This document shows positions 8,931-19,664 of a DNA stretch of 64,000 nt, piece after piece (within the stretch, counting starts at the first letter, position 1; every line of letters starts with the position of its first letter). Source of the DNA: Candidatus Cloacimonadota bacterium (lineage in GTDB: Bacteria; Cloacimonadota; Cloacimonadia; JGIOTU-2); the NCBI GenBank assembly GCA_016932035.1, contig JAFGDR010000031.1, forward strand, positions 71,399 through 135,398, given 5' to 3'. The notes under the pieces were generated by a model that did not search any database, was not told the DNA's origin, and was given only the letters and a program-made list of their open reading frames with translations. Both the position numbers and the translations under genes were made by a program.

Positions 8931-11057
8931 CTATAGTTTTTCTCTCAGTGATTCTAAAAACGATTTTCTTATGGTTGCTCCAAGTTGTTCAGCCTGAAGA
9001 ACGTCTTGATTAGATTTAATATATTTACCAAGAAGGTAATAGACTACAGCACGCTTTTTATAGATTTCAGCATTCTTTGGTTCGATAGAAATAGCATGTG
9101 AATAGAAATCTATAGCTATTGGCAAGTCACCTTTTTTAGTGAGAAGATCCCCAAGCAATATAACAGAATCCAATTTATCTTTATTCAAGCGATATGATTT
9201 TAAAGCATCAATAATTGCAGCTTCATAGTTCCCTTTTGCTTCATAGAGCATTGCTCTTTGGACAAGTGCATCAATCAAGTCTGGTTTGAGGTTAAGTGCT
9301 GCGTTAAAATCTGATAGAGCTCCTTCTTTATTTCCGATCAGATTTTTTACTTTACCTCTCAGGTAATAAGTTTGAGCGCGATTGGGATTAAGAATGATAG
9401 CACGGGAAAAATCCTTCAATGCATAACCATATTTGTGAAGCTCAAGATAGACGATTCCTCTATTGCTGTATGCCATTTCATCATTAGGATTTATATTGAT
9501 GATAAAGTTGAAATCTTTGAGGGCTTTGTCATACTGTTTCAAATGATTATACGCAACTCCTCGATTCAGATATGCATCTACATAATCAACCTTCTGATCT
9601 ATTGCCTTACTATAATAGGTTATTGCAGAATCCGGTCTTGCATTTTCTGCATATACGATTCCAATATTGTAGTAGGATTTAGTGTGTAAGGAATTCAAAA
9701 TTATGGATTTTTTAAAATCCTCAAGTGCGTTCTTATAATCTCCGCTCTTTTGAAAAGCAATTCCCCTGTTATTATATGCATAGGTATTTGGTTCACCATG
9801 CGTGAGTGCATGACTCCAGAGGATTAATGAATTTTTCCATACAGGAATTTGAACAATACGTGTAAGAATAGTAAATAATAGAAGCACAATAATAATAGGA
9901 ACCCAAATAAGCTTCTTACGATATGTATCTAAAAGCCATGCAATAATAAGACCAAATCCAAACATGGAAAAGTATACATAACGATCTGCAACATTGGACC
10001 ATTTCTGAAAGACAAAGGATATGAGACCCGAAACTGGAAGAAATCCTGCAATAAAAATGAGAAGACCCAGAAATAAGATTCTATTTTTTCTATCTGCCCT
10101 AATCGCTAAGAAAACCAGAAGGGGGGGTATAATCCATTCAAGATAAAACCAGAAATGAGGAAGAAGATTCTGGAATGTCCTTGTATATGTTGTAACCAAT
10201 GGATATGGTATAATTGTCTTAAGGAGATAGAAATTAATTGTATCCATCCAAATAAAAAAACGCGACCAGATAGGAGCGACTTCTGTATGAAAGGATGAAG
10301 GTTGAACATAGCGTAGAATAAAAACGAACGGAATTGTTATAATAATAAAAGGAATGACTTTTTTAAAAGATTGCCACACATCAATTTTGAAGTAAAAGAG
10401 ATAAATGAGAAAGCCAATAATAGATATGACGGCAACTGATGGTTTGGATAGCATGCCGAGTACAAAGAGTATCAATGAATTAATATATCTGATTTTTAAG
10501 CATTTACTAGATAAATCTTTACAGGAATAAACATCATTTTTTAGTAAAATATACAAAGAGCTAAAACCAAAGAATGCACTCATTAATCCCCTGAATTCTG
10601 TGATCCAAGCAACTGTTTCTACTTGAAGAGGGTGTAGGAGAAAGAAAAGAGCTCCGATAAAACAAGGCAGATTCCCCTTGATAAGAAGTCTTAATATTTT
10701 AAAAACAAGAATTGAATTCAAAATATGAAAAAGAATGTTAAAAAGATGAAATGCGAACGGATTGAAACCGTCTACGGAGTTCCCAAACGGAAGGAGTTGC
10801 CCAATCTCTTTAACTAACGCCCATGAAGTGTAGGACATCGGAATATACATCTGTGCATAGGGCATAATCCAGAAGTGTGCGATATTTTTTAAGGAAGGAT
10901 TCTGCAGATATTTGTTCTCGATCAGATTGGGATCTTTATCATCCCAGACAAAATCATAGGTTGTTAATATGCCGAAAATTAGTATACCTATCAGTATAAT
11001 TAAGATGTAATAAACCAAAACTGAATGCTGTGTGGTCTTTGAGATATCGATTTGCAT
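8931..11057 (-). CDS. TMTC-like GT-C fold membrane glycosyltransferase with C-terminal TPR array
   Basis: FVWDD motif in the first loop, HPLQVETVAWI, VADRYVYF, about 11 TM helices, then repeated TPRs (AYNNRG, AYLNRG, AYSNRG). Confidence 0.8.
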   Translation of the reverse strand: MQIDISKTTQHSVLVYYILIILIGILIFGILTTYDFVWDDKDPNLIENKYLQNPSLKNIAHFWIMPYAQMYIPMSYTSWALVKEIGQLLPFGNSVDGFNPFAFHLFNILFHILNSILVFKILRLLIKGNLPCFIGALFFLLHPLQVETVAWITEFRGLMSAFFGFSSLYILLKNDVYSCKDLSSKCLKIRYINSLILFVLGMLSKPSVAVISIIGFLIYLFYFKIDVWQSFKKVIPFIIITIPFVFILRYVQPSSFHTEVAPIWSRFFIWMDTINFYLLKTIIPYPLVTTYTRTFQNLLPHFWFYLEWIIPPLLVFLAIRADRKNRILFLGLLIFIAGFLPVSGLISFVFQKWSNVADRYVYFSMFGFGLIIAWLLDTYRKKLIWVPIIIVLLLFTILTRIVQIPVWKNSLILWSHALTHGEPNTYAYNNRGIAFQKSGDYKNALEDFKKSIILNSLHTKSYYNIGIVYAENARPDSAITYYSKAIDQKVDYVDAYLNRGVAYNHLKQYDKALKDFNFIININPNDEMAYSNRGIVYLELHKYGYALKDFSRAIILNPNRAQTYYLRGKVKNLIGNKEGALSDFNAALNLKPDLIDALVQRAMLYEAKGNYEAAIIDALKSYRLNKDKLDSVILLGDLLTKKGDLPIAIDFYSHAISIEPKNAEIYKKRAVVYYLLGKYIKSNQDVLQAEQLGATIRKSFLESLREKL

Positions 11058-11066
11058 AGAATGGAA

Positions 11067-12491
11067 TTATGATTTCTTCCTGAACTTGTCTACGTTGATA
11101 TTGTGTTTGTTGAATTTATCATAGAGATTGGGTCGTTTAATCCCGGAAAGTTTAGCAGCTTTTGATACATCTCCTTCACACATTTTTAAGAGATGCTCAA
11201 CATATTGTTTTTCAAAAGCATCTTTTGCTTCTGAGAAATACATATGTGTTGGGTCATAATACCGTTCCATCTTAACATCATATTTTTGATAAATTGACAA
11301 CGGGAGGTCATCGAGCACTATTTTATTATGAGCTGCCATAGCAACAGCGTGTTCAACAGCATTTTTCAATTCTCGAATATTGCCTTCCCAATCACTGGAT
11401 TGGAGAACAGACATGACCGATTCGGAAATTTCTAAATTCTTCTTATCATATTTAATACTGAATTCTCGGACAAAGGTATTTGTCAAAAGAGGAATATCTT
11501 CTTTTCTTTCTCGAAGCGGCGGAATATTCAAATGGATAACATTCAACCGATAAAAAAGGTCCTGTCGGAATTTACCTTCCTTAACTTCTTTTTCAATATC
11601 TTTATTCGTTGCAGTAATAACGCGCACATCGACTTCTATATCAGTATCTCCTCCAACATGCCGTATAACACCCTTTTCAAGCACACGAAGGAGTTTTACC
11701 TGAAATGTTGTACTTGTTTCAGTTATTTCATCGAGAAAAAGCGTGCCGTGATTTGCCTCCTCGAAATAACCTACTTTATCTCTGATAGCATCAGTAAACG
11801 ATCCCTTTTTATGCCCAAAAAGCATACTTTCGAGAAGATTCTCTGGAAGTCCGCCACAGTTTACAGCAACAAATTTATTGGATTTTCGCTTACTATTTCT
11901 GTATATAAGATCAGCAAAAAGGTCTTTTCCCACACCGGTCTCTCCGGTTATCAATACTGTTGTGTCAAGTGGAGCAATGCGTTTGACCTTTTCCATAATT
12001 TTTTGGATAGACAGACTATTTCCGATGATTTGAGTGCGATCAAATTCTTGTGCAAGTATGCTTCGCAGTCTCTCAATCTCCTCATGCTGCCATCTTGTTC
12101 GTAATAGTCTTTTTATGATGATCTTCAGCAGATCGAGATCTTCAACCGGTTTTTCAATAAATTCATCCGCCCCGATCTTCATTGCTTCAACAGCCATACC
12201 AATCGAAGCTTTCCCACTTATGATAATAACTGCAAGCTGAGGCCACCGTTTCTTTACCTGAGATAAGAGTTCGAGACCATCAGTTCCAGGCATGACCATA
12301 TCGGTCATCGCAATATGAAAGACATTACTCTCAAGTTTGGTCATTGCCTCATCGGCAGAATGTGCAGTATCAATTTCATATTCATCTTCAAGATGACGGC
12401 GAAATATATCAAGCGTGTCCTTCTCGTCATCAACGATAAGGATTCGTGCATTTCTGTTGAAGAATTCCGTTTGTATTTTTTCGTTATTCAT
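11067..12491 (-). CDS. Sigma54-dependent response regulator (NtrC/AtoC/PilR family)
   Basis: Receiver domain (TDMVMPG), AAA+ with GETGVGKD, a GAFTGA variant GSFTDA, LFLDEI, DLFYRLNV, WEGNIREL, and a Fis-type HTH. Confidence 0.93.
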   Translation of the reverse strand: MNNEKIQTEFFNRNARILIVDDEKDTLDIFRRHLEDEYEIDTAHSADEAMTKLESNVFHIAMTDMVMPGTDGLELLSQVKKRWPQLAVIIISGKASIGMAVEAMKIGADEFIEKPVEDLDLLKIIIKRLLRTRWQHEEIERLRSILAQEFDRTQIIGNSLSIQKIMEKVKRIAPLDTTVLITGETGVGKDLFADLIYRNSKRKSNKFVAVNCGGLPENLLESMLFGHKKGSFTDAIRDKVGYFEEANHGTLFLDEITETSTTFQVKLLRVLEKGVIRHVGGDTDIEVDVRVITATNKDIEKEVKEGKFRQDLFYRLNVIHLNIPPLRERKEDIPLLTNTFVREFSIKYDKKNLEISESVMSVLQSSDWEGNIRELKNAVEHAVAMAAHNKIVLDDLPLSIYQKYDVKMERYYDPTHMYFSEAKDAFEKQYVEHLLKMCEGDVSKAAKLSGIKRPNLYDKFNKHNINVDKFRKKS

Positions 12492-12499
12492 AATTAGTT

Positions 12500-14602
12500 T
12501 TATTCATATGGAAGAAAGATCGTAAATGTGCTTCCTTTGCCAAACTCAGAATGTATAGTGATGTACCCTCCGTATCTTGTTACAACGTTTTTACAGATCG
12601 CCAGACCAAGTCCGAAGCCGCCCTGTCCGTCTCCCCTTTTGGTCGTGAAGTATGGTTCAAAGATCTTTGAATGATATTTCTCTTCAATGCCTTCTCCGGT
12701 ATCTTTGACTTCAATTGCAATCATATCCGATTGCTGATATGTGCGCACATGGACAATCTTATCTTTACTTTCCTTCATGGATTCAATAGCATTATTAAGG
12801 AGATTGGTAAAGCTTTGGCTGATATCGCTATAAACTGCTTTTATATGAGGAAGTTTGTTGAAAAGTTGTGTTTCGAGGACGACATAATGTTTGAAAAATA
12901 GATTATGCTTGAGCAGCTCAAGTTCTTGTGTGATCAGCTGGTTTATATCGATCGGTCTCATCATAGAAATATTATCCTGCTGGACTTTTCGAAGAAGTGT
13001 TTTAACTGCATGGGAAATATTTTTGGCAGCATCGATGATCTTATCTACATCTTCATTATCTTGATAATCTTTCTTTACGAGTTGGGCATAACCGAGGATT
13101 GAATTAAGAGGAGAGTTCATATTATGCACAACTCCTTCAACCCGTCTTCCAATTTCAGCAAGTTTGTTGCTCTTGATAATCTCCATCTCAAGGGCTTCCC
13201 GTGCCTTTTTTTCATTTATTTCTTGAGTTATATCAGTTATTGTAGCCACCATCCTCAAACCAATGGTATCATCAACAGCCTTGATGTTCAGGATGACAAA
13301 TTTAAGGAATTTCTTTTTGCCCGGGAAATTGATTTCTAATCTGGGTAATGTTAGACTGTCTTCGTGGGCTTGGGATATGAGATCTTCATCAAGTTGGATG
13401 AAATCAGAGAGGTTTTTTCCAATGATCTCGTCTGATGAAATAAGCTCAAGAATATGCATTGCGCTGGGATTACAGATCAGGATGTTCATTTTTGAATCCG
13501 TCCACAGTACCCCAATATCAATATTATCAGTGAGGACCTTGTATTCCAGCAGAGATTTGTTATACTCAACAAGAGAACGATTCATAGAACTGAAGGCAGA
13601 AACCATATTACCCAACTCGCCGCTGTATTCATCTTCAATGGGTTCGATACGAAGCGGGTTTTTCTCGATCCTTTGCATCTTATCGCTGATCTGCTTTATG
13701 GGTTGCATAATGCGTTTGCCAAGCCAGTTGCTTAAAAAACTGACGATAACAAGACTCGACGCAACGAGTATTAGGAAGAAGAAAAACATGCTTTGCCGAT
13801 AGAATTTATTGAATTCACGATCGTACACATAGATCGTCAATGCCGCAGGTTCATCAAGAATGGTATAGTTTATCAAAAGCCCAACAGCAATCTCACCATT
13901 CAAACGTAATACTGATTCACGGTTTTTCGTTCTGAGAACAGGTGATAATTTTTTCTTTAATTCAGGTTCGATCTTAGTTAAAATTTCATTCTCTGTTATT
14001 GAGAAATCCGGATATGGCAGGATAAACACATGAAAGTTCTGAGTTAATCTAAGTTCCAGAGATGTTATTTGATGAACGTTCAATACAAGTCCAAGTGAGG
14101 GGGCATAGTTTTCTGTATCCGGGAGCACTGGCGAGAATGATAAATAATAGATCTTATTCAAAAAACTCGCATAGAATCCCTGGGTAACATTTTGTTTTGA
14201 AAGTAAGAGCATTTTGGGAAGATAGGAATCAACCAGATCCCACGATTCGCCATATAGACTTTTACCCTCTGGGGTGAAAAGAGCTATGTAACTAAAAAGA
14301 TTGCGTTCTTTATATGATGTCAGTATCGCTTGTGCAGACGAGATATCATTTCTTTCAAGTGAAGTGATGAGATCCGGGTTACCAGACATTTCCGTAGTGA
14401 ACCTGTTCACATTATTAGTTATGTCCAGCTTAAGGCTTTTTATGTTTGTGAGAACACGTGAAATCCTCTCGTATTCAAATTCAGAAATACCAAACCTGGT
14501 TAACTGCCACACACTGAAGATAAGAAGAAAAACCAGAGAGAAGGTGAAGACAAAATACAAGAGGATGATCTGTTTTTGGAGTCCGCGTTTTTTCTTTTTC
14601 AC
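12500..14602 (-). CDS. Membrane sensor histidine kinase (periplasmic domain, HAMP, PAS, HisKA, HATPase)
   Basis: Two TM helices, HAMP, PAS-like region, H-box VVHNMNSPL, LLNNAIES, DTGEGI, FEPYFTTK, GFGLGL. Confidence 0.92.
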   Translation of the reverse strand: MKKKKRGLQKQIILLYFVFTFSLVFLLIFSVWQLTRFGISEFEYERISRVLTNIKSLKLDITNNVNRFTTEMSGNPDLITSLERNDISSAQAILTSYKERNLFSYIALFTPEGKSLYGESWDLVDSYLPKMLLLSKQNVTQGFYASFLNKIYYLSFSPVLPDTENYAPSLGLVLNVHQITSLELRLTQNFHVFILPYPDFSITENEILTKIEPELKKKLSPVLRTKNRESVLRLNGEIAVGLLINYTILDEPAALTIYVYDREFNKFYRQSMFFFFLILVASSLVIVSFLSNWLGKRIMQPIKQISDKMQRIEKNPLRIEPIEDEYSGELGNMVSAFSSMNRSLVEYNKSLLEYKVLTDNIDIGVLWTDSKMNILICNPSAMHILELISSDEIIGKNLSDFIQLDEDLISQAHEDSLTLPRLEINFPGKKKFLKFVILNIKAVDDTIGLRMVATITDITQEINEKKAREALEMEIIKSNKLAEIGRRVEGVVHNMNSPLNSILGYAQLVKKDYQDNEDVDKIIDAAKNISHAVKTLLRKVQQDNISMMRPIDINQLITQELELLKHNLFFKHYVVLETQLFNKLPHIKAVYSDISQSFTNLLNNAIESMKESKDKIVHVRTYQQSDMIAIEVKDTGEGIEEKYHSKIFEPYFTTKRGDGQGGFGLGLAICKNVVTRYGGYITIHSEFGKGSTFTIFLPYE

Positions 14603-14642
14603 AAAGTAGATAATTATTTGGAAAAATGGTTTTTAAGGATAC

Positions 14643-15041
14643 CTATAATCCAAGAACGGATTTTACAACGGAAATAAACTCCTCTGGCTCGACTGGTTTA
14701 GCTACATAAGCATTTGGTTCTGCACCTAAGAAGACCCCCATGTCTTTTGCATTAAAATGAAGTCCTGTCTTAGATTCGATACCTGTAAGCATGATTATAG
14801 GTGTTGAATCAAAACCAGATTTCGTCTTTAATTTATTAAATACCTGAAATCCATTCATTTCGGGCATTTGTACGTCAAGTATGATTAGATCGGGATTAAC
14901 GCTTTCTGCTTTTTTTAAACCTTCAAGACCGTTTATGGCAGTCTCAATCTCAAAATCTCCAATTTCGGAAAGCATTGCTTCGGAAAAAGCAATTGCATCC
15001 GGTTCATCATCGATGATTAATATTCTTTTTTTCTCTAACAT
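14643..15041 (-). CDS. Single-domain response regulator
   Basis: ILIIDDEP, LDVQMPEMNG, YVAKP. Confidence 0.92.
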   Translation of the reverse strand: MLEKKRILIIDDEPDAIAFSEAMLSEIGDFEIETAINGLEGLKKAESVNPDLIILDVQMPEMNGFQVFNKLKTKSGFDSTPIIMLTGIESKTGLHFNAKDMGVFLGAEPNAYVAKPVEPEEFISVVKSVLGL

Positions 15042-15044
15042 GAC

Positions 15045-16283
15045 CTACCTCCGTAGCTGTTTATGTGTTCTTTTCTTTGGTAATGTAATCGTAAATGCTG
15101 TACCTTTGCCCTTTTCGGATTCAACGGTTATATTTCCCCCATGCTCCTTGATTATTTTATAGGAAACTGCGAGTCCGAGACCGGTGCCCTTCGAACCTTT
15201 TGTGCTGAAAAAAACCTGAAAAAGTTTTGCCTGAATTTCGGGCGGCATACCAATACCCGTATCTTTGACATGAATGCGGAATGTTTTTCCGTCGGTTGAT
15301 TGTACAGATATATGAACGTTTGCTCCCTTGGTCTCCTCGCACGCATCGATAGCATTTGAAACAAGATTTAAAACTGTTCTCTTTACTCCTTTTGGATCGA
15401 TGTGAACTTCCGGCAATTCTTCTTCAGGATCGAATGTAAGCTCAACTCCTTTTTCTTTTCCTTTTTGCAGCATGAGTTCATATACACTTTTTACAAGTTC
15501 GTTCGGATTGACGGTCTCATATTCCGGCTCTCTTTCTTTAGAATAGGAAAGCATGTCGAGAACCAGTTCCTTCATGAACTCATTATTCTTTTTAACAATA
15601 CTCCATCCCTTATCAACACTCGAAAAATCTTCTTTCTTAAGACCCAAATCTAGAATGTATGATCCACCCTGTATACCGTTAAGAATATTTTTTATGCAGT
15701 GAGCAAGACCAGACACCGTTTGCCCAATCGCAGCAAGACGCTCTGTCTTAACGATTTGCTCATGCAGTTTTGCATTCTCGATTGCAATAGCTGCCTGATT
15801 GGCAATCGCCTGAAGGAATTCCTGGTCTTCTTTGGTAAATTTCTCGCCGTTTTCTTTATTGAGAACCTCGATTGCACCGACACATTTTTTGGAAGTGCTC
15901 ATAGGTACGCAGAGAATTGATTTAGTTGTAAAGCCGCTTTTCTTATCAGCTTTTTTAAAGAAACGGGGATCTTTGCTAACATCGTTAACCAATACCGGTT
16001 TTCCCTCCTGAATTACCCAGCCGACAATACCCTCACCAGCTTTCATACGAATGGTCTTGATGATCTTTGCTTTCACACCTTCAGTAACATGAAAGAGAAG
16101 TTCGTTCGTCTCTTCATCCACAAGAACGAGTGAGGATGCTTCCACCTGCATTGCTTGAGTAGCAACATCCATAACCGATTCCAAAACTTTATCCAGTTTC
16201 AGGTGAGAGTTGATCGTCTGCGTGATCGTCAGCAGTGCATCGAATTGTGTGGCTTCTTTTGATTCAGGCATATATTTTACCAA
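15045..16283 (-). CDS. Cytoplasmic GAF-domain histidine kinase
   Basis: GAF domain (GEGIVGWV, SILCVPM, GAIEVLNK), H-box LAHCIKN, LVSNAIDA, DTGIGM, FFSTKGSKGTGLGL. The true start may be ATG 16271. Confidence 0.92.
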   Translation of the reverse strand: MVKYMPESKEATQFDALLTITQTINSHLKLDKVLESVMDVATQAMQVEASSLVLVDEETNELLFHVTEGVKAKIIKTIRMKAGEGIVGWVIQEGKPVLVNDVSKDPRFFKKADKKSGFTTKSILCVPMSTSKKCVGAIEVLNKENGEKFTKEDQEFLQAIANQAAIAIENAKLHEQIVKTERLAAIGQTVSGLAHCIKNILNGIQGGSYILDLGLKKEDFSSVDKGWSIVKKNNEFMKELVLDMLSYSKEREPEYETVNPNELVKSVYELMLQKGKEKGVELTFDPEEELPEVHIDPKGVKRTVLNLVSNAIDACEETKGANVHISVQSTDGKTFRIHVKDTGIGMPPEIQAKLFQVFFSTKGSKGTGLGLAVSYKIIKEHGGNITVESEKGKGTAFTITLPKKRTHKQLRR

Positions 16284-16437
16284 TTATTAATAAATTTAGT
16301 AACCGTGTAATGTTTTTATTACGTCAAGTTTTTCGCTTATTATCAACACAGACATGGTACATTAGGGCAATAATATTTGACGAAAAAACCCGCACACAAA
16401 AACTCCGTTAAACAGAAAACAGGAAGTAAAAATAGTA

Positions 16438-18267
16438 ATGCATTCACATATCTATGATGTTATCGTTGTTGGCGCCGGGCATGCCGGGTGCGAAGCTGCA
16501 CTCGCTGCTGCAAAGATGGGGGCAGATACCCTCATGTTTGTCATCAAGCTTGAGACGATCGGCAGGATGTCTTGCAATCCCGCAGTGGGAGGTCTCGCAA
16601 AAGGGCATATTACCCGCGAGGTCGATGCGCTCGGCGGTGCCATCGGGCAGGTTATCGATAAAACAGGCATTCATTTCAGGATGCTTAATAAAAGTAAAGG
16701 TCCGGCAGTCTGGGCTCCGCGCGCACAAGCAGACAGGATCGCATATCAGATCGAGATGCGAACAGTTATCGAGCACCAGGAAAATCTCGAGATAAAAGAG
16801 GCTTTGGTCGAAGAGCTTATTGTTGAAGAGGGTCATATAAAAGGAGTGATTACTCAATACGGACAGACATATTATGCTAAAACCGTGATCATTGCTGCTG
16901 GTACATTTCTGAATGGCACAATACATGTTGGGAAAAATACATATTCCTCAGGTAGAGCGGGTGAGTTTGCATCGATAAAATTATCTAACTCTCTGAAAAA
17001 ATGCGGATTCCCTCTCTCACGATTCAAAACAGGCACCCCTGCACGTCTCGATGCAAGAACCCTTGATTATTCAAAACTGGAAGAACAAAAACCGGACGAT
17101 CCACCACCAAAATTTTCATTCTATACAGACATTAAACCAAAGAATTTAGTGAGTTGTTATCTAACATATACTAATCTAAAAACTCATAAAATCATTTCTG
17201 ACAACATTACTGAGTCTTCTTTATTCAGTGGAAACATTACCGGGATCGGTGCACGATACTGTCCATCGATCGAGGATAAGATCAAGAAATTCCCAGAGAA
17301 AGACAGACACCAGGTATTTATCGAACCGGAAGGAATAAATACATTTGAAATGTATGCTAACGGACTGCCAACAAGTTTTCCACCGCAGATACAGCTCGAT
17401 ATGATACACTCGGTCGAGGGGCTTGAGAATGCAAAACTGATGAGATACGGTTATGCAATCGAGTATGATTGTATTCCAACAGAATATATTCATTACAGTC
17501 TTGAAACAAAACTGGTAAAGGGGCTTTTCTTTGCGGGACAGATAAACGGTACCTCGGGTTATGAGGAAGCAGCAGCACAGGGAATCATAGCTGGCGTTAA
17601 TGCGGTGAAATATGTGCAGGGGAAAGATCCGGTTATCATGCACAGAGACAATTCATATATAGGTGTTCTGATAGATGATCTTGTGACGAAAGGAGTCGAT
17701 GAGCCATACCGAATGTTCACAGCACGTGCAGAATATCGTCTTCACCTGCGTCAGGACAATGCTGATGAACGTCTTATGCCCCTCGGTCATGAACTTGGAT
17801 TGGTTGATGATAAGAGATTCAAGAAATTCAAAGAAGCGCTTAAGATCAAAAATAGAGAGATCAAAAAGCTGCAAAAACAGAATGCAATATCTGATTCCGA
17901 TAAAGCATATAAGATGATCGATATTCTCAGGCGTCCCGAAATATCATACGATGATCTTTCAAGATTTGGATATACCATCGGAAACGATGTGACCAATGAC
18001 ATTAAAGAGAAAATTTCTCTCGAAATAAAATATGAAGGATACATAAAGCGCCAAAAACAGGAAATTGAAAGATTCAATTACCTTGAGAATAAATCAATTC
18101 CAGTAGATTTTAATTACATGGAGTTTGATACCATATCTTACGAAGCGAGGGAAAAACTCACTAAAGTAAAACCACTGTCTGTCGGACAGGCAGCAAGAAT
18201 ACCAGGTGTCACCTTTGCAGATGTATCTGCACTTCTGATAAAACTGAAAACACTCGATGCAAGATAG
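16438..18267 (+). CDS. mnmG: tRNA uridine-5-carboxymethylaminomethyl(34) synthesis enzyme MnmG (GidA)
   Basis: GAGHAGCEAA, MSCNPAVGG, RFKTGTPAR, YCPSIEDK, GQINGTSGYEEAAAQG, YRMFTARAEYRL. Confidence 0.97.
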   Translation: MHSHIYDVIVVGAGHAGCEAALAAAKMGADTLMFVIKLETIGRMSCNPAVGGLAKGHITREVDALGGAIGQVIDKTGIHFRMLNKSKGPAVWAPRAQADRIAYQIEMRTVIEHQENLEIKEALVEELIVEEGHIKGVITQYGQTYYAKTVIIAAGTFLNGTIHVGKNTYSSGRAGEFASIKLSNSLKKCGFPLSRFKTGTPARLDARTLDYSKLEEQKPDDPPPKFSFYTDIKPKNLVSCYLTYTNLKTHKIISDNITESSLFSGNITGIGARYCPSIEDKIKKFPEKDRHQVFIEPEGINTFEMYANGLPTSFPPQIQLDMIHSVEGLENAKLMRYGYAIEYDCIPTEYIHYSLETKLVKGLFFAGQINGTSGYEEAAAQGIIAGVNAVKYVQGKDPVIMHRDNSYIGVLIDDLVTKGVDEPYRMFTARAEYRLHLRQDNADERLMPLGHELGLVDDKRFKKFKEALKIKNREIKKLQKQNAISDSDKAYKMIDILRRPEISYDDLSRFGYTIGNDVTNDIKEKISLEIKYEGYIKRQKQEIERFNYLENKSIPVDFNYMEFDTISYEAREKLTKVKPLSVGQAARIPGVTFADVSALLIKLKTLDAR

Positions 18268-18895
18268 TAAACAAATCTTTTTAGACTTTTTACGCAAGCA
18301 CAAAGTACAGAATTCCGTCATAGAAAAGTTCGAGAAATACGAAACACTCATTCAAGAAAAGAATCAAAAATTCAATCTCGTTTCTGAAAAAACAATTAAT
18401 ACCATCTGGACTACACATTTTCTCGATTCTGTTTTACTTTCAAATTATAATGATCTTGGCAATAGTTATATTTTAGATTTTGGAAGCGGAGCTGGTTTTC
18501 CAGGTATTCCTCTCAAAATAATTTGTTACGATATGAAGTTGTATTGCGTAGAATCGATTAAAAAGAAAGCGCTCTTTATTACCTTTATAAAAGACAAGCT
18601 CAATCTTTCAGATACAGAAATTCTTACATGCAGATTTGAGAATATCACAGAAGATCTGAACGGCACCTTTGATCATATAGTTGTTCGCGCAGTTAAAATG
18701 ACCGATCAGTATTTTGAGAAAGCATTTAAGCTCTTAAAACCAGCAGGAAGTATCATTTTATACAAATCGAAAGTAATTGATGATGAAGTTGACAAGATAA
18801 AGAACTATCAGGATTGTGCCTCTACAGAAATAATAAGAAATGAGATCTCAGGGCTCGGAAGACGGGCTTATATCATCGTAAAGAAACATGGCTAA
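18257..18895 (+). CDS. rsmG: 16S rRNA m7G527 methyltransferase RsmG (GidB)
   Basis: HFLDS, LDFGSGAGFPGIPL, follows mnmG. Confidence 0.93.
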   Translation: MQDSKQIFLDFLRKHKVQNSVIEKFEKYETLIQEKNQKFNLVSEKTINTIWTTHFLDSVLLSNYNDLGNSYILDFGSGAGFPGIPLKIICYDMKLYCVESIKKKALFITFIKDKLNLSDTEILTCRFENITEDLNGTFDHIVVRAVKMTDQYFEKAFKLLKPAGSIILYKSKVIDDEVDKIKNYQDCASTEIIRNEISGLGRRAYIIVKKHG

Positions 18896-19664
18896 AGTAC
18901 TTGCTATCACAAATCAAAAGGGCGGTGTCGGCAAAACGACAACTGCGATAAATCTTGCTGCATCTCTGGCATCATATGGACAAAAAGTCCTCCTCATCGA
19001 CCTCGACCCACAAGCGAACTGCACGAGCGGAATTGGTATTGATAAAAACACTGTTGACGGGCAGATATATGACCTCCTTCTCGGTGATTCGCATATTTAC
19101 GATTCGATAATTGAAACAGACATTCCGAACCTTCGCATTATCCCATCTTCGATAGACCTCATTGGTTCAGAAGTTGAGCTGCTGGTACTTGAAGATAAAG
19201 AAAAAAAACTTAAAGATATCCTCTCTGCAATAGACGGAAGATTCGATTATATCATTATCGATTGTCCCCCATCTCTCAATATTCTCACCGTGAACGCAAT
19301 GGTCGCTTCGAATGATCTGATCATTCCTATTCAATCAGAATATTATGCACTAGAAGGTATTGCACAACTCCTCAAAACGATACGGCTTATAAAACGAAAG
19401 CTTAATCCTAAACTCTCAATTTTCGGGATCGTGATAACGATGTATGACAGGCGCACACTGCTGTCCGAGCAAGTGGCAAAAGAGGTTCGTCGATATTTCA
19501 AGGATATTGTTTTCAAAACGATCATAGACAGGAATGTAAAACTAAGTGAAGCCCCAAGTTATGGAAAACCGATCCTGACCTATGCTATTGATTCGAGAGG
19601 TGCACAGAATTACCTGCATCTTGCCCTTGAGGTTTTAAGAAAAGATGGAAAGGATGTCGAATGA
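18888..19664 (+). CDS. parA: Chromosome partitioning ATPase ParA/Soj
   Basis: NQKGGVGKTTT, DLDPQAN, IIDCPPSL, PIQSEYYALEG, LSEAPSYG. Confidence 0.96.
   Translation: MAKVLAITNQKGGVGKTTTAINLAASLASYGQKVLLIDLDPQANCTSGIGIDKNTVDGQIYDLLLGDSHIYDSIIETDIPNLRIIPSSIDLIGSEVELLVLEDKEKKLKDILSAIDGRFDYIIIDCPPSLNILTVNAMVASNDLIIPIQSEYYALEGIAQLLKTIRLIKRKLNPKLSIFGIVITMYDRRTLLSEQVAKEVRRYFKDIVFKTIIDRNVKLSEAPSYGKPILTYAIDSRGAQNYLHLALEVLRKDGKDVE

Noticed and set aside
14450-14466. CACGTGAAA resembling a parS half-site
   Set aside because: The other arm does not match the 16-bp parS palindrome, and it lies inside a coding region. No convincing parS was noticed.
16284-16437. Possible oriC: gene orientation flips here, next to mnmG-rsmG-parAB
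   Set aside because: Only one imperfect DnaA box (TTATCAACA, 16340-16348) was seen in 154 bp. There is no box cluster and no dnaA/dnaN in the window. Genome-wide GC skew would be needed.
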